Source: Bdellovibrionota bacterium (GTDB taxonomy: Bacteria; Bdellovibrionota; UBA2428). Taken from it: a stretch of DNA of 64,000 bases. The notes under the pieces are model-generated. The model searched no databases. It saw only the letters and a program-made list of their open reading frames with translations, and was not told the origin of the DNA. This document shows, in pieces, positions 26,820-36,164 of this stretch. The DNA is taken from positions 32,426 to 96,425 of the forward strand of contig CAXNGS010000006.1 of NCBI GenBank assembly GCA_964202055.1, read 5' to 3'. The first letter of the stretch is position 1, and each line of letters opens with the position of its first letter. A program made the position numbers and the translations under genes.

Positions 26820-28154
26820 ATGGCCGAAAAACTTTCCACCAGTCCCTATAAAGGGAGTCGCGATTTTTATCCGGAAGAAATGGCCCTACGAAAATGGATG
26901 TTTTCCAAAGTTCGCGGTGTTTTAGAGTCCTTTGCATTCCAAGAATACGATGGACCCTTATTGGAACCGTTCGAGTTGTACGCTGCTAAAACCGGCGACG
27001 AAATTGTGAATCAACAACTGTATTCATTTACCGATCGTGGCGATCGAAAAATGGCGATCCGTCCGGAAATGACTCCGACCTTGGCACGGATGGTGGCGGC
27101 CAAGGTTCAAGAACTACCAAAACCAATACGCTGGTATTCGATTCCTAATTTGTGGCGTTATGAACGCCCCCAGCGCGGACGACTTCGTGAACATTGGCAA
27201 ATCAACGTCGACTTATTGGGCGGCAACGTCGAACAATCCAATGCCGAAGTCTTGGCCATTGCTGGTGCGATCTTTAAATCGTTTGGCGGCGAGCAGTTTG
27301 TCGAAATTCGCTTCAACAATCGACGCTTGATGGACGCTTTTTTTGCCCATTTAGAATTGGGCGCAGAAGGCTCCTATGCATTGGGAAAATTGATCGATGC
27401 CAAAGCAAAAATGAACCCGGAAGCCTTTGCTGTAGAACTCCAAAAAATCTTGGAAGCTAATTCCAAGCAAGCGAGCGATGTGCCCGCGAAGACCTTGATT
27501 TTCCAAAGTTTTTTAGCGAGTGATTTAGCAGGTCTTAGCAAAATTGCGGGTCTCAAAGACTCAGCAGAATTTATCAAAGCCACTCAAGAATTGCTGGATT
27601 TCGAAAAGCAACTTTCGAATCGCAAGCTTCCGGTAAAAACCAAGTTTGATCCTTCGATTATGCGCGGGCTTGATTACTACACGGGAATTGTTTTCGAGGC
27701 CTATGACTTGTCGCCCGAAAATAACCGCGCTCTTTTCGGTGGCGGTCGTTATGACAACTTGATCGGATTGTTTTCTAAAAGCGAATTAAGTGGCATTGGT
27801 TTTGGTTTGGGCGATGTGACCTTGATGCATTTCTTGGAAACCCACAAATTATTGCCCGTAAACCAAGACTCGCAGTTGATTTACATTGGCTGTGCCGATG
27901 AAGCCTTGATCCCCCATTCTTTTGATCTTGAAAGCCAACTTCGCGGTCAACAACGCGCGGTCGTCAGTGGTCAGGGCTTTGATTCGCTAAAGAGTCACTT
28001 AAAAGCCGCTTCTCGCGTGCAGGCCCGATATTTCATTGGCCTCTTGGGCGATGAGTGGGCCCGCGGAAAAGTGATCTTAAAAGATTTAAAAACCGGACAG
28101 CAATCCGAACTTTCCGTTAAAGACGAACTCGCTAAATTTTTAGCTGCTACTTAA
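26820..28154 (+). CDS. hisS: Histidine--tRNA ligase
   Basis: KGSRDFYPEEM, RYERPQRGRLREHWQ (motif 2), GGGRYDNL (motif 3). Divergent from aspS. Start is ATG 26820 or GTG 26811. Confidence 0.9.
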   Translation: MAEKLSTSPYKGSRDFYPEEMALRKWMFSKVRGVLESFAFQEYDGPLLEPFELYAAKTGDEIVNQQLYSFTDRGDRKMAIRPEMTPTLARMVAAKVQELPKPIRWYSIPNLWRYERPQRGRLREHWQINVDLLGGNVEQSNAEVLAIAGAIFKSFGGEQFVEIRFNNRRLMDAFFAHLELGAEGSYALGKLIDAKAKMNPEAFAVELQKILEANSKQASDVPAKTLIFQSFLASDLAGLSKIAGLKDSAEFIKATQELLDFEKQLSNRKLPVKTKFDPSIMRGLDYYTGIVFEAYDLSPENNRALFGGGRYDNLIGLFSKSELSGIGFGLGDVTLMHFLETHKLLPVNQDSQLIYIGCADEALIPHSFDLESQLRGQQRAVVSGQGFDSLKSHLKAASRVQARYFIGLLGDEWARGKVILKDLKTGQQSELSVKDELAKFLAAT

Positions 28155-28232
28155 CCAATAACTAGAAATCAATTGGCCTAAAAAATGGCTGAGTCCTCAA
28201 GGATTTGATGGCATTTCTGTTATTTTAAATTG

Positions 28233-29273
28233 ATGCCCACCAAAACGAAGAGCGACTATGAAAGAATCCTCTTTTTGGTGATTTCTCCCATCCTGGCTTT
28301 GCTCATAATCGCGGCGGGTGCCGGCGAAATCACCCGGGAAGCTGGTTTTGATTTTTTAGGAGTTCAACTGCATCGTGCGCCACTTGTAATCTTCTTAATC
28401 TTCCTCACACAAGGTCACGTATTCCTGATTTTTCAGCGATCGATGGCGAACCGCGAAGTTTTTAATAGATTTAAAATGAAAATTTTAATTGGCACTGCGA
28501 CGGTAATGAGTCTGGCAATTTTCAGCAATTTTTTTTTCTTGCTCTTCACTTTCGTAAATATTTTTTGGCTCCAACATCATTTCATGATGCAGAACTTTGG
28601 AGTCAATCGTCTGCTCGGGAAAAGCGAGTTGCTCCAATCTCGGGGTCGGCGATGGATGGATCTTGTCTTTGTTTTTGTGACTTTTTTCGCGCCAGTGCTC
28701 AATTCTGCCCCTCAGATAATGTTTGATCCGCAGTCGATCAGCTCCATTCTTTTAAAAATTAACGGAATTTCCTATATTCATGGGGTTATGGTTTTTTTGG
28801 AATTCGCGATAAAAACCGCGATTGCGCTAGAAACACCAATCCTAATTCTTTCCTTTGCGTACATTGGCTATCTCTTCAAAAATGAAACTCGGCTGAAGGC
28901 CGTATTTGCGCTTTCGCTGATGTTAGGAAGTTGGCTGCCGTGGCTTTACTTCGATCCCCAATTAGCTATAGGGGTCTACATTCTCCTGCACAGCATCCAA
29001 TATTATTATTTGGTCGCCAAGACTTCCGATGTTGGGGCTAGCAAAAAAAATAGCTTCATTTTTTTAGGATGGGTCGCTGCGGCCCTGCTTTTCGGATCTC
29101 TGTATCCGTTCTTTGCTTCAAAAGAAGAAATCACGATGGACTCCAATTTTAACGTCCGTGCCCTTAACGGATTCCTGGCCGCGGGGAATCTGCTGCACTT
29201 TTGGATGGATGGCTTTGTTTGGAAGCGAATATCGATGCCAGTTGTCCAAGAACAGGTCGAGTCTGCGATATAG
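28233..29273 (+). CDS. Polytopic membrane protein with conserved-looking His motifs, unknown function
   Basis: About 9 hydrophobic helices. His-containing motifs TQGHVFLIFQRS, WLQHHFMMQNFG, LLHSIQYYYL, LLHFWMDGFVWK. Confidence 0.5.
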   Translation: MPTKTKSDYERILFLVISPILALLIIAAGAGEITREAGFDFLGVQLHRAPLVIFLIFLTQGHVFLIFQRSMANREVFNRFKMKILIGTATVMSLAIFSNFFFLLFTFVNIFWLQHHFMMQNFGVNRLLGKSELLQSRGRRWMDLVFVFVTFFAPVLNSAPQIMFDPQSISSILLKINGISYIHGVMVFLEFAIKTAIALETPILILSFAYIGYLFKNETRLKAVFALSLMLGSWLPWLYFDPQLAIGVYILLHSIQYYYLVAKTSDVGASKKNSFIFLGWVAAALLFGSLYPFFASKEEITMDSNFNVRALNGFLAAGNLLHFWMDGFVWKRISMPVVQEQVESAI

Positions 29274-29316
29274 ACCCTCAACGTCGATTAATGATCGGCC
29301 GATTTACGGATCAATT

Positions 29317-30234
29317 TTAAGGATCAATGTGCAGACGGCCGATTTCTAGGCGCTCGAGTTGATTGCTGCTGTTTAAAAACTCGATGGTGCCGTGAATTTG
29401 GCGGGTGGTGCTGACCACGATGCTTTCGTTCACGCGGGCGGTTTTCGTCAGATGACTAATCGCGATTTGATCGATTTCAATGATTCCATCGGTGCCGGTT
29501 CGAAAAGTTGACATTAAAGACGGCGGAATGGAAATGTTGCTGCCAGCCGGTGCGTAACAAAGAACGTCGCCCGATGCGCGGTTGCTGCCGTCGCGAATGC
29601 GCACGCGTAGATAAGAAGTTCCAGCCGACGGCGTGATTTTTACGATGAAGGGCTCGGCTCTTGATAAATGCAAATCAAAGTCGGCGTTGCCGCTGGTCGG
29701 AATGGTGGGCGAGGGAACTTTGAAAGACGGGGCTTGTAAGTTTCCAATGTAGGTCAAAATCGAAGTCGAGGCGGCCACGATGCTGAAGGTTTGGGTGAAG
29801 CTTGCTGTGCCATTCACTCCTTGAGGATGCAAATCATAATCCGCGGGGGGAAGTGATCCGGTGAAACCCCAAGAGTAATCGCTTTGCGAGGCCGGGATGC
29901 TTACGGTGTTTTCGCCGTGGCTCACGATCAAAGATCCCAGGTAAAGTGGCCGTTTTGGAATCACATCGACGCCGAAAGTGTTGCCATAATCACAGGTCAT
30001 GCGCGGACTGACCCATTTAGAAAAATTTGAAACGGGATCGGCGCTGATTCCGGCGCCGAAAAATTCTGAAAGTTGCGAGGCGATGTTGTCGTCACTCATC
30101 GGATATTGATTGCTCACGAAGTAAGTCATGATGATGTTCTTCGACGGTTCTTCCTTGGTGGGTTGTCTTTGAGACATCAACTCGCAGGAAGCTAGAATGA
30201 AAAAACTCAAAATTCCGAAGCAACGTGAATACAT
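29317..30234 (-). CDS. Hypothetical lipoprotein
   Basis: MYSRCFGILSFFILASCEL lipobox. Beta-rich Ser/Thr/Gly composition. No family motif recognised. Confidence 0.5.
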   Translation of the reverse strand: MYSRCFGILSFFILASCELMSQRQPTKEEPSKNIIMTYFVSNQYPMSDDNIASQLSEFFGAGISADPVSNFSKWVSPRMTCDYGNTFGVDVIPKRPLYLGSLIVSHGENTVSIPASQSDYSWGFTGSLPPADYDLHPQGVNGTASFTQTFSIVAASTSILTYIGNLQAPSFKVPSPTIPTSGNADFDLHLSRAEPFIVKITPSAGTSYLRVRIRDGSNRASGDVLCYAPAGSNISIPPSLMSTFRTGTDGIIEIDQIAISHLTKTARVNESIVVSTTRQIHGTIEFLNSSNQLERLEIGRLHIDP

Positions 30235-30428
30235 TTTTCCTATTCTAATCTTTTGTTTTGTGTCTCCGCTTAACTTTCGTTGACACGAAATTGACGCAAC
30301 ACGCGAGTAATTTCTTTTAACAATGCAGAAAAATGAATGTCGCTATTGCGCATTAGCTACTTGACGCTTACAGTTAACTTACATGGTCACGAAAAGTGAT
30401 CAGAGTTTTAATAGGAGGCAACAAATTT

Positions 30429-30521
30429 ATGGCAGCCAAGAAAAAAGCCAAGAAGAAAACCGCAAAAAAAGCTACTAAGAAGAAAGCTACTAAGAAGAAA
30501 GCTTCTAAAAAGAAGAAGTAA
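30429..30521 (+). CDS. 30-aa polybasic Lys/Ala-rich microprotein (histone H1-tail-like)
   Basis: GGAGG at 30414-30418, then ATG 30429. MAAKKKAKKKTAKKATKKKATKKKASKKKK then TAA 30519-30521. A strong terminator lies 45 nt downstream. Below the 60-aa ORF-track cutoff. Confidence 0.6.
   Translation: MAAKKKAKKKTAKKATKKKATKKKASKKKK
30471..30515 (+). repeat. 15-nt tandem repeat (2 exact + 1 degenerate copy) inside the micro-ORF
   Basis: GCTACTAAGAAGAAA at 30471-30485 and 30486-30500, then GCTTCTAAAAAGAAG at 30501-30515. Each unit encodes A-T/S-K-K-K. Confidence 0.9.
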
Positions 30522-30566
30522 GTCGGTTCGGTTGATCGTCTCTAACGAGACGGTCGCTGTAAAAAA

Positions 30567-30603
30567 AGCCTGGTCTTCCGCAAGGAAGATCAGGCTTTTT
30601 TTT
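30567..30603 (+). terminator. Rho-independent terminator of the micro-ORF transcript
   Basis: AGCCTGGTCTTCC / GCAA / GGAAGATCAGGCT 13-bp stem (one G-U) followed by T-run 30597-30603. The A-run upstream makes it potentially bidirectional. Confidence 0.85.
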
Positions 30604-30650
30604 GACGTTTATTTACCAAGTAAGTTTCCCCGTTAATTTATACTGTCTGG

Positions 30651-31616
30651 ATGGGCCCGGATTTTCCAGAACAGACTCGACTTGAACTGCTTGCCGATGT
30701 CGGCCGGCCCTATGCCCAAGTCGAAGTGTTGGGCCGCACTCTGGCGGGCAACCGTGAATTTCCAATTTATTCTTTTAAAATCGGTTCCGATAATCCCGAG
30801 CATCCAACCTTTGGACTTTTTGGTGGGGTGCATGGATTGGAACGAGTCGGCACCCATGTGGCGCTCGCTTATTTAGAAAGCATCGTGGCTCAGCTTCGAT
30901 GGGACCAAGATTTAAAAGAAAGATTCAAACACATTCGGCTCGTTTCGATTCCCTTGATCAATCCCGGCGGAATGTATTTGGGGACTCGCTGCAATCCTAA
31001 TGGCGTGGACATCATGAGAAATTCGCCGGTCGAAGCGATGGGCGACACGCAACCGCTTTTAGCCGGTCATCGCATTTCGCCCAAACTTCCGTGGTATCGC
31101 GGTGCCGAAGGTCGCGAAATGGAATTGGAATCGAAAATATTAGCGGATTTTGTCGAAAAAGAAATGTTTCAAGCCCAGTCATCATTGGCCTTAGACATTC
31201 ATTCCGGCTTTGGGTTCCAAGACCGGCTTTGGTATCCCTATGCGAAAACCAAAGCGCCTTTTCCAAGGCTTAGCGAAGTTGAGAATCTTAAGCGACTTCT
31301 AGATTCCAGTTATCCCAATCATATTTATCGAGTGGAGCCGCAATCGATCAACTACACCACTCACGGCGATATGTGGGATTATTTGTTTGATCAACACTTA
31401 GCGAAAAACGGGGTGGGCGATAAAGTATTCATTCCGTGGACGCTCGAGATTGGAAGTTGGCTGTGGATCCGAAAAAATCCGCGTCAGCTGTTTTCCGCAT
31501 TGGGTCCCTTTAACCCCATCAAAGTTCATCGCCGCCGAAGAACCATGCGCCGCCATTTGCCGCTCTTGGATTTCATGCTTCGAGCTGTTAACAACTACCC
31601 GGCATGGAAGAGATAA
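30651..31616 (+). CDS. M14-family zinc carboxypeptidase-like protein
   Basis: GGVHGLERVG contains the HxxE zinc motif. LALDIHSG supplies the distal His. NPNGVD is typical of the M14 core. Confidence 0.6.
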   Translation: MGPDFPEQTRLELLADVGRPYAQVEVLGRTLAGNREFPIYSFKIGSDNPEHPTFGLFGGVHGLERVGTHVALAYLESIVAQLRWDQDLKERFKHIRLVSIPLINPGGMYLGTRCNPNGVDIMRNSPVEAMGDTQPLLAGHRISPKLPWYRGAEGREMELESKILADFVEKEMFQAQSSLALDIHSGFGFQDRLWYPYAKTKAPFPRLSEVENLKRLLDSSYPNHIYRVEPQSINYTTHGDMWDYLFDQHLAKNGVGDKVFIPWTLEIGSWLWIRKNPRQLFSALGPFNPIKVHRRRRTMRRHLPLLDFMLRAVNNYPAWKR

Positions 31617-32374
31617 AAAACTGGGTTCTCCTTCGTGGACTGGCTCGCGATGCTCGGCATTGGGGTGATTTTGTTGAGCGCTTTGCGACTCAGATGAATG
31701 TCACAGCCGACCGGCTAGTGACTTTGGATTTGCCGGGCTTTGGCAGCAACACAAATGTGGATTCAGCACTTTCGGTCACCGACATGGCCGAAGACATTCG
31801 CTCGCAGTGGATTTCCAAAAAAGGCAACGTCGACGGAGCTTGGGGATGTGTGGCGATGTCGTTGGGCGCAATGTGTGAATTGGAATGGTCGCGATTGTTT
31901 CCAGCCGACTTAAGAGCTTTAGTTTTAATCAACGCCAGCGCTAGTGATTTAAGCAAACCGTGGGAGCGCTTTTCATTCCGACAATTACCGCGGGCTCTTC
32001 GCATCAGTTTCAGTCGCGATCCCAAGGTCCGTGAATCCGAAATTTACCAACTGACTTCGAATGGTTCAGAAGCGGAAGCCAAATCCGAAGAGTGGAAAAA
32101 TTATGCGCCCGAGCAGCGCGATTTTTTAAACGCGGGTTTACGCCAATTGTTAGCGGCGGCTCGTTATAAAAGTCCGGCCACCATTGAAGCGCCACTCCTG
32201 GTGCTAACTTCGCAAGCCGATGGATTTGTCGATTATCGATGCTCGGAAGCTTTGGCCGCAAAATACCGCGCGCCATTAATGGTTCATTTAAAAGCCGGAC
32301 ACGATCTGTGTTTGGACGATCCCGAATGGGTGATTCAGCAGATTAAGAATTGGACGAATAAGTCATACAAATGA
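31604..32374 (+). CDS. Alpha/beta-fold hydrolase
   Basis: LDLPGFG oxyanion-region motif, nucleophile elbow VAMSLGA (G/A-x-S-x-G), C-terminal GHDL His. Overlaps the upstream gene by 13 nt. Confidence 0.65.
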   Translation: MEEIKNWVLLRGLARDARHWGDFVERFATQMNVTADRLVTLDLPGFGSNTNVDSALSVTDMAEDIRSQWISKKGNVDGAWGCVAMSLGAMCELEWSRLFPADLRALVLINASASDLSKPWERFSFRQLPRALRISFSRDPKVRESEIYQLTSNGSEAEAKSEEWKNYAPEQRDFLNAGLRQLLAAARYKSPATIEAPLLVLTSQADGFVDYRCSEALAAKYRAPLMVHLKAGHDLCLDDPEWVIQQIKNWTNKSYK

Positions 32375-32422
32375 CACCTATAGCTCTTCTTTTTTGGTAG
32401 TTGTTTTGCCAAACTAGCTCTC

Positions 32423-33457
32423 ATGAAATTTAAAAATATTCTGCCAATTATATTTCCAGTTCTCTTAAGTGCCTGTGGTTCAGGCTCTTCTGGGGGGGGC
32501 AGTAGCTATGACTTCACGGCAGCGGCCGAAGCAGTGTTTACAGACACCGCACGAGCTTTGCGAGTCTTTGCCGACTCGATGAACGGATCTTTGGGGACCG
32601 CTGATTTAATGGGTTTGTTCACCAAAGGCTTTGCTTCAATTAAAACTCCGGTTAGCGCGCGGGCCGTTAGCTGTAACAGTACGGTTTGCATGGATGCGAC
32701 GGCTGTTGAAGGCAAGTACTACGGAGTTGGTTTGCTGATTCAATCCAATAATAACGGATTGTCGGCTTACTTTGGCATTGAAGCATGGTCTGACATCGTT
32801 GGAACTTCGGACAAATATGATTTTGATATCGCAAGTCCCATTACCAATTCGGGAAATCTTTTTTGCTGCAATGGCGAAGGTGATCTTGCCAACGGTAGCA
32901 GCTACATTAGTAACGTCTCGATGATGTTGGCCTATGCAGACGTCACTTTTTCTTACACTGGATCGGGTGGAGGAGCCGTGGACGGCGCCCACACTGTTCG
33001 CTTTGTTTTCGCCGATGATGCCATTACCGACGGGCAACGTGGCGACTTGCTCTATAACGACGCGGGAACCTATAAGTGGGTAGATTCCAGAGACGGCTCA
33101 TTGGATGTTGCAAGACCTGCTACTCCCGTGCAGATGGATTCGGCCGTAACAGATTGGACTAACGAAAGCGAAAAGGGAAATCAGAATATTCCGGTTATCT
33201 ACACGGGTGTGTTGCCGGCGGTTGGTACGGACCCCATTGTGGTTAGTGAAGATGATATGCGTGCTGATGCAAATTATTCCTTCAAATTTCCCACGGAGAA
33301 GTTAGTTATCTTTCCGACTTTAATTGATGGTTCCGATGAAGGCATGGTTACGGACGTAAAAACACTGTTGCAAAGAATTCATCTGCAAGGCATGCCTCAT
33401 AGCACCGCGACACTCGGTGATGCGGGAGACACGATACTCACCATCACGGCGCTTTAA
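32423..33457 (+). CDS. Hypothetical lipoprotein
   Basis: Lipobox LLSACGSGSSGGG. Gly/Ser/Asp/Thr-rich beta-type composition. No family motif recognised. Confidence 0.5.
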   Translation: MKFKNILPIIFPVLLSACGSGSSGGGSSYDFTAAAEAVFTDTARALRVFADSMNGSLGTADLMGLFTKGFASIKTPVSARAVSCNSTVCMDATAVEGKYYGVGLLIQSNNNGLSAYFGIEAWSDIVGTSDKYDFDIASPITNSGNLFCCNGEGDLANGSSYISNVSMMLAYADVTFSYTGSGGGAVDGAHTVRFVFADDAITDGQRGDLLYNDAGTYKWVDSRDGSLDVARPATPVQMDSAVTDWTNESEKGNQNIPVIYTGVLPAVGTDPIVVSEDDMRADANYSFKFPTEKLVIFPTLIDGSDEGMVTDVKTLLQRIHLQGMPHSTATLGDAGDTILTITAL

Positions 33458-33555
33458 TTTAAAATGATTTGAAATATGGGGGAATGACCCCATGCCCTTG
33501 ATCCGTCAAATTTTTTATGCTTGTTAATGGCTAGATTGATTTAAAGTTGCTCCAT

Positions 33556-33996
33556 ATGAATAAAATCACAGCTTTTACCTTTGGAGTTTTAATTTCTACT
33601 TTGGCTTTTTCGGCCGAGGTCGCGAAGCTGACCGATGCTGCCCCAAAATCTGGAATCAGTCGCGATCCTGCGTCTGGCGAATGTCTCCTGAATTCAAGAG
33701 GCAAGGTCGCGCAAATTGTTTCTGGTTCGGCAGTTTCCGCCAAGGACAAACGCACCGTCGTTTTTTATGTCGATGAGGACAAGCTCACGCGAAGCATTCA
33801 TTTGGATTCCTCGGATCCTTTTCATCGGGAATTACTAGAGAACGTTCGCTTAGCGGTGATTCTAAAAAAACCTATTACGGTTTACTACAAGGGTGACGTA
33901 GAAGATTGTGATAAAGGCGGGATTAAATTCATTACGGACTTGGGGTCTAAACCCGTTCGGAACGTTGCCGTTCATATCGAAGAGTTGCCTCGTTAG
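33556..33996 (+). CDS. Hypothetical small secreted protein
   Basis: ATG 33556 gives the signal peptide MNKITAFTFGVLISTLAFSAEV. The track ORF begins at TTG 33547. Confidence 0.5.
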   Translation: MNKITAFTFGVLISTLAFSAEVAKLTDAAPKSGISRDPASGECLLNSRGKVAQIVSGSAVSAKDKRTVVFYVDEDKLTRSIHLDSSDPFHRELLENVRLAVILKKPITVYYKGDVEDCDKGGIKFITDLGSKPVRNVAVHIEELPR

Positions 33997-34029
33997 TAAT
34001 TTTTGAGGAGGCGCTGTTAGTTTTAGCGA

Positions 34030-35001
34030 TTAACTTTTAGCAGTCCGCTCGGACACTTTTTTAAGCAATTTTCGAGCGGCAAGCTTGGGTCCCAAAGACA
34101 ACGCCACCATATAAAAAGTCTTCAAATGTTTATCGGTGACATCGAGGTTGCTGCCTTCGCCGAGGCGGATATTCAAAGAGCCCAGAGTTTCGCTGCGATG
34201 GCGAATTGGGAAAACTAAAATCGAGTTGATGGAAATCGATTTGACTTGGCTTTTGATGTCTTTAGTCAGCGGATTTTGAGTGATGTCTTTGATGTAAACG
34301 ATGTTGCCGTTTAATAAAACTTCGCGGACTTCGGGATATTTATCGAGGTCAACGGGCAAATCGTGCAAATCGGGATCGTCTGAAGAACTCGTTACCGAGC
34401 CTTTGTTGCCTTCTAAATCGCCTTCCATCACGTTGACCCGAGTTGATTGGGCCAGGTCTGCTACGCGTTTCAGAACTTCAAATATAGAACGGTTGTGGTC
34501 TTTGACTTCGCTAAGGGTGCGCAGAACTTCGTAGACCAAAGTGAATCCAGCCAAAACTTGGGTGGATTCTGCGTTCAAATCATCGGGCGAATAAAGTTCG
34601 CGCTCTTGCAGTTGATAGCGAATTCGTTGAAGCACCAATCGAGCATCAAAGGGCTCCAGGATGAAGTCATCGGCACCGGCTTTGATCGACTCGCGGATGT
34701 TGTTAATCGATTGATGGCCGGTGATGACTAAAACTTTGGTGTTGGTTCGTTCCAAAGCTGTTTTGATTTGTTTAATCGCGGGCAGCGACGAAGAATTGTT
34801 CATGAACAAATTAATGATGACGAGTTCGGGTTTTAAATCGATGACTCGTTCGACGTAATTGCTTTTGGCTTCAATGAACTCCATCGTGAAAGAGCTTTCT
34901 TTCAGGAGTTTACCCAAATCTTGAAATCGATGTTTGCTGGGGTCGACGATGGCGATGACCCTACTTCCGGCGGATAGGGAGTTTGTTTCTTTAGCTGACA
35001 T
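34030..35001 (-). CDS. Atypical (probably non-phosphorylatable) receiver domain fused to a GAF-like domain
   Basis: CheY-like fold, but D13->P (IVDPS), D57->N (ELVIINLFM) and K109->E (FILEPF). T87 is retained (VITGH). The C-terminal half is GAF-like (NSILVFPIRHRSETLGSLNI). Confidence 0.6.
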   Translation of the reverse strand: MSAKETNSLSAGSRVIAIVDPSKHRFQDLGKLLKESSFTMEFIEAKSNYVERVIDLKPELVIINLFMNNSSSLPAIKQIKTALERTNTKVLVITGHQSINNIRESIKAGADDFILEPFDARLVLQRIRYQLQERELYSPDDLNAESTQVLAGFTLVYEVLRTLSEVKDHNRSIFEVLKRVADLAQSTRVNVMEGDLEGNKGSVTSSSDDPDLHDLPVDLDKYPEVREVLLNGNIVYIKDITQNPLTKDIKSQVKSISINSILVFPIRHRSETLGSLNIRLGEGSNLDVTDKHLKTFYMVALSLGPKLAARKLLKKVSERTAKS

Positions 35002-35020
35002 GGTTTAACTCCAATATACG

Positions 35021-35503
35021 GTGAATATTGAATTTCTTCTACCCTGGGGCGCTAAGAAGGGAACTTGGACCCGCGCTTTTAAGCATTCGCCGCTAGCTGA
35101 AATGGTTGAAGAGTATCGCCAGCGAATGGATCACTTCGTGAAAACTGATTTGGTGGTGGGCGAATCGTTGGATGGACTTTTGAACAGGCCTGCCGACAAG
35201 AAAAGTCCCGCTATCCATTGGGTCTGTGACCTACCGCGAAACCGGGCTGCCAAAGTTTTGAGTTCGGAAGATTTAGCCATTCGATTGCAAGAGGTCTTGA
35301 ACCGCAGCTCTTCGAATTTGCGAATTTTTATTGGTGGGCCAGATGGTTGGTCGGCTGATGATTTGCAAAAAATTAAGCCCCAAGTGACTTGGAGCTTTGG
35401 GCCGATGACATTGACTCATGAAATGGCGGCCTTGATTGCCACCGAACAAATGTATCGAGCTTTTACGATCCTAAAAGGATTGCCCTATCACCAGGGCCAT
35501 TGA
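35021..35503 (+). CDS. rlmH: 23S rRNA (pseudouridine1915-N3)-methyltransferase RlmH
   Basis: 160 aa SPOUT protein. IFIGGPDGWSADDL and SFGPMTLTHEMAALIATEQMYRAFTILKGLPYH match RlmH. GTG start. Confidence 0.85.
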   Translation: MNIEFLLPWGAKKGTWTRAFKHSPLAEMVEEYRQRMDHFVKTDLVVGESLDGLLNRPADKKSPAIHWVCDLPRNRAAKVLSSEDLAIRLQEVLNRSSSNLRIFIGGPDGWSADDLQKIKPQVTWSFGPMTLTHEMAALIATEQMYRAFTILKGLPYHQGH

Positions 35504-35529
35504 GAACTAATTACCTAGCTGAAGCTACA

Positions 35530-36033
35530 TCACTGCTTTGCAACAGTATTGGCTTCCATGGGTATTTTGCGAAGTGAATAAACAATGGCTGGGCTGTCTT
35601 CACTTCCTGGAACCGAGCACTGATAGCTGCGGTTATAGCTGTCGACCGCTTTAGAAACTTGCGCGCATCTTAAAATCACTGATTTCAAAAGTCCGTGTTT
35701 AACGAGTTCAAGTTTGAATTCCAGGTTGCCGTCAACGATCCATTTGGGATCGATCACCACGCGAGAGTTTAATTTAATTTCTTCACCGGCTGCTAAGTGC
35801 AAGCGGGGAGTCAGGTCGAAAGTGTGTTTGCGATTGATGGTGACGTTTAAGATCACGGCGTCGCTTTTTGCGATTTTCAAATGCGGAGTGACTCGCAGTG
35901 ATTGAACTTCCAGGGTTAGTTTTTCATCAGCCGATGCCGGGCTTCGAGACCATTGCTGGCCCGTGAAACTCAAGCTGGCGATGAAGAAAACGCTTAACAA
36001 GATGCTGCTGGAATAAAATGTTTTGTTGTTCAC
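35530..36033 (-). CDS. Hypothetical secreted protein
   Basis: Signal peptide MNNKTFYSSSILLSVFFIASLSF. Beta-sandwich-like composition. Confidence 0.45.
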   Translation of the reverse strand: MNNKTFYSSSILLSVFFIASLSFTGQQWSRSPASADEKLTLEVQSLRVTPHLKIAKSDAVILNVTINRKHTFDLTPRLHLAAGEEIKLNSRVVIDPKWIVDGNLEFKLELVKHGLLKSVILRCAQVSKAVDSYNRSYQCSVPGSEDSPAIVYSLRKIPMEANTVAKQ

Positions 36034-36164
36034 AAATAAGTCCTCTTTCCCTAATTAAGTGCAAATTCGATGCCATTCTAAGTAGCTAATTCGCTTGGAG
36101 CTCAAGTCCGCTGCCTGAAAATTGCACAGTCGGCTGTCTAAACTTTGATCAGATTGATTTGATA

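Noticed and set aside
29296-29345. Short direct repeats at the 3' end of the lipoprotein gene: CGGCCGATTT twice, 40 nt apart (29296-29305 and 29336-29345), and GGATCAAT twice (29308-29315 and 29321-29328). There is also the palindrome ATCGGCCGAT.
   Set aside because: One copy of each repeat lies in coding sequence and the other in the 43-nt convergent spacer. No stable hairpin or recognisable element results. It may be a small local duplication, which is too little to interpret.
30639-30651. TATACT hexamer 6 nt upstream of the M14 peptidase ATG with no SD, suggesting a leaderless transcript.
   Set aside because: No convincing -35 element lies at 17 +/- 1 nt, and a single -10-like hexamer is weak evidence. 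Transcription start-site data would be needed.
33471-33492. ATGGGG-GAATGA-CCCCAT hairpin after the lipoprotein gene at 32423..33457.
   Set aside because: The stem is only 6 bp and no T-run follows it, so this is not a convincing intrinsic terminator.
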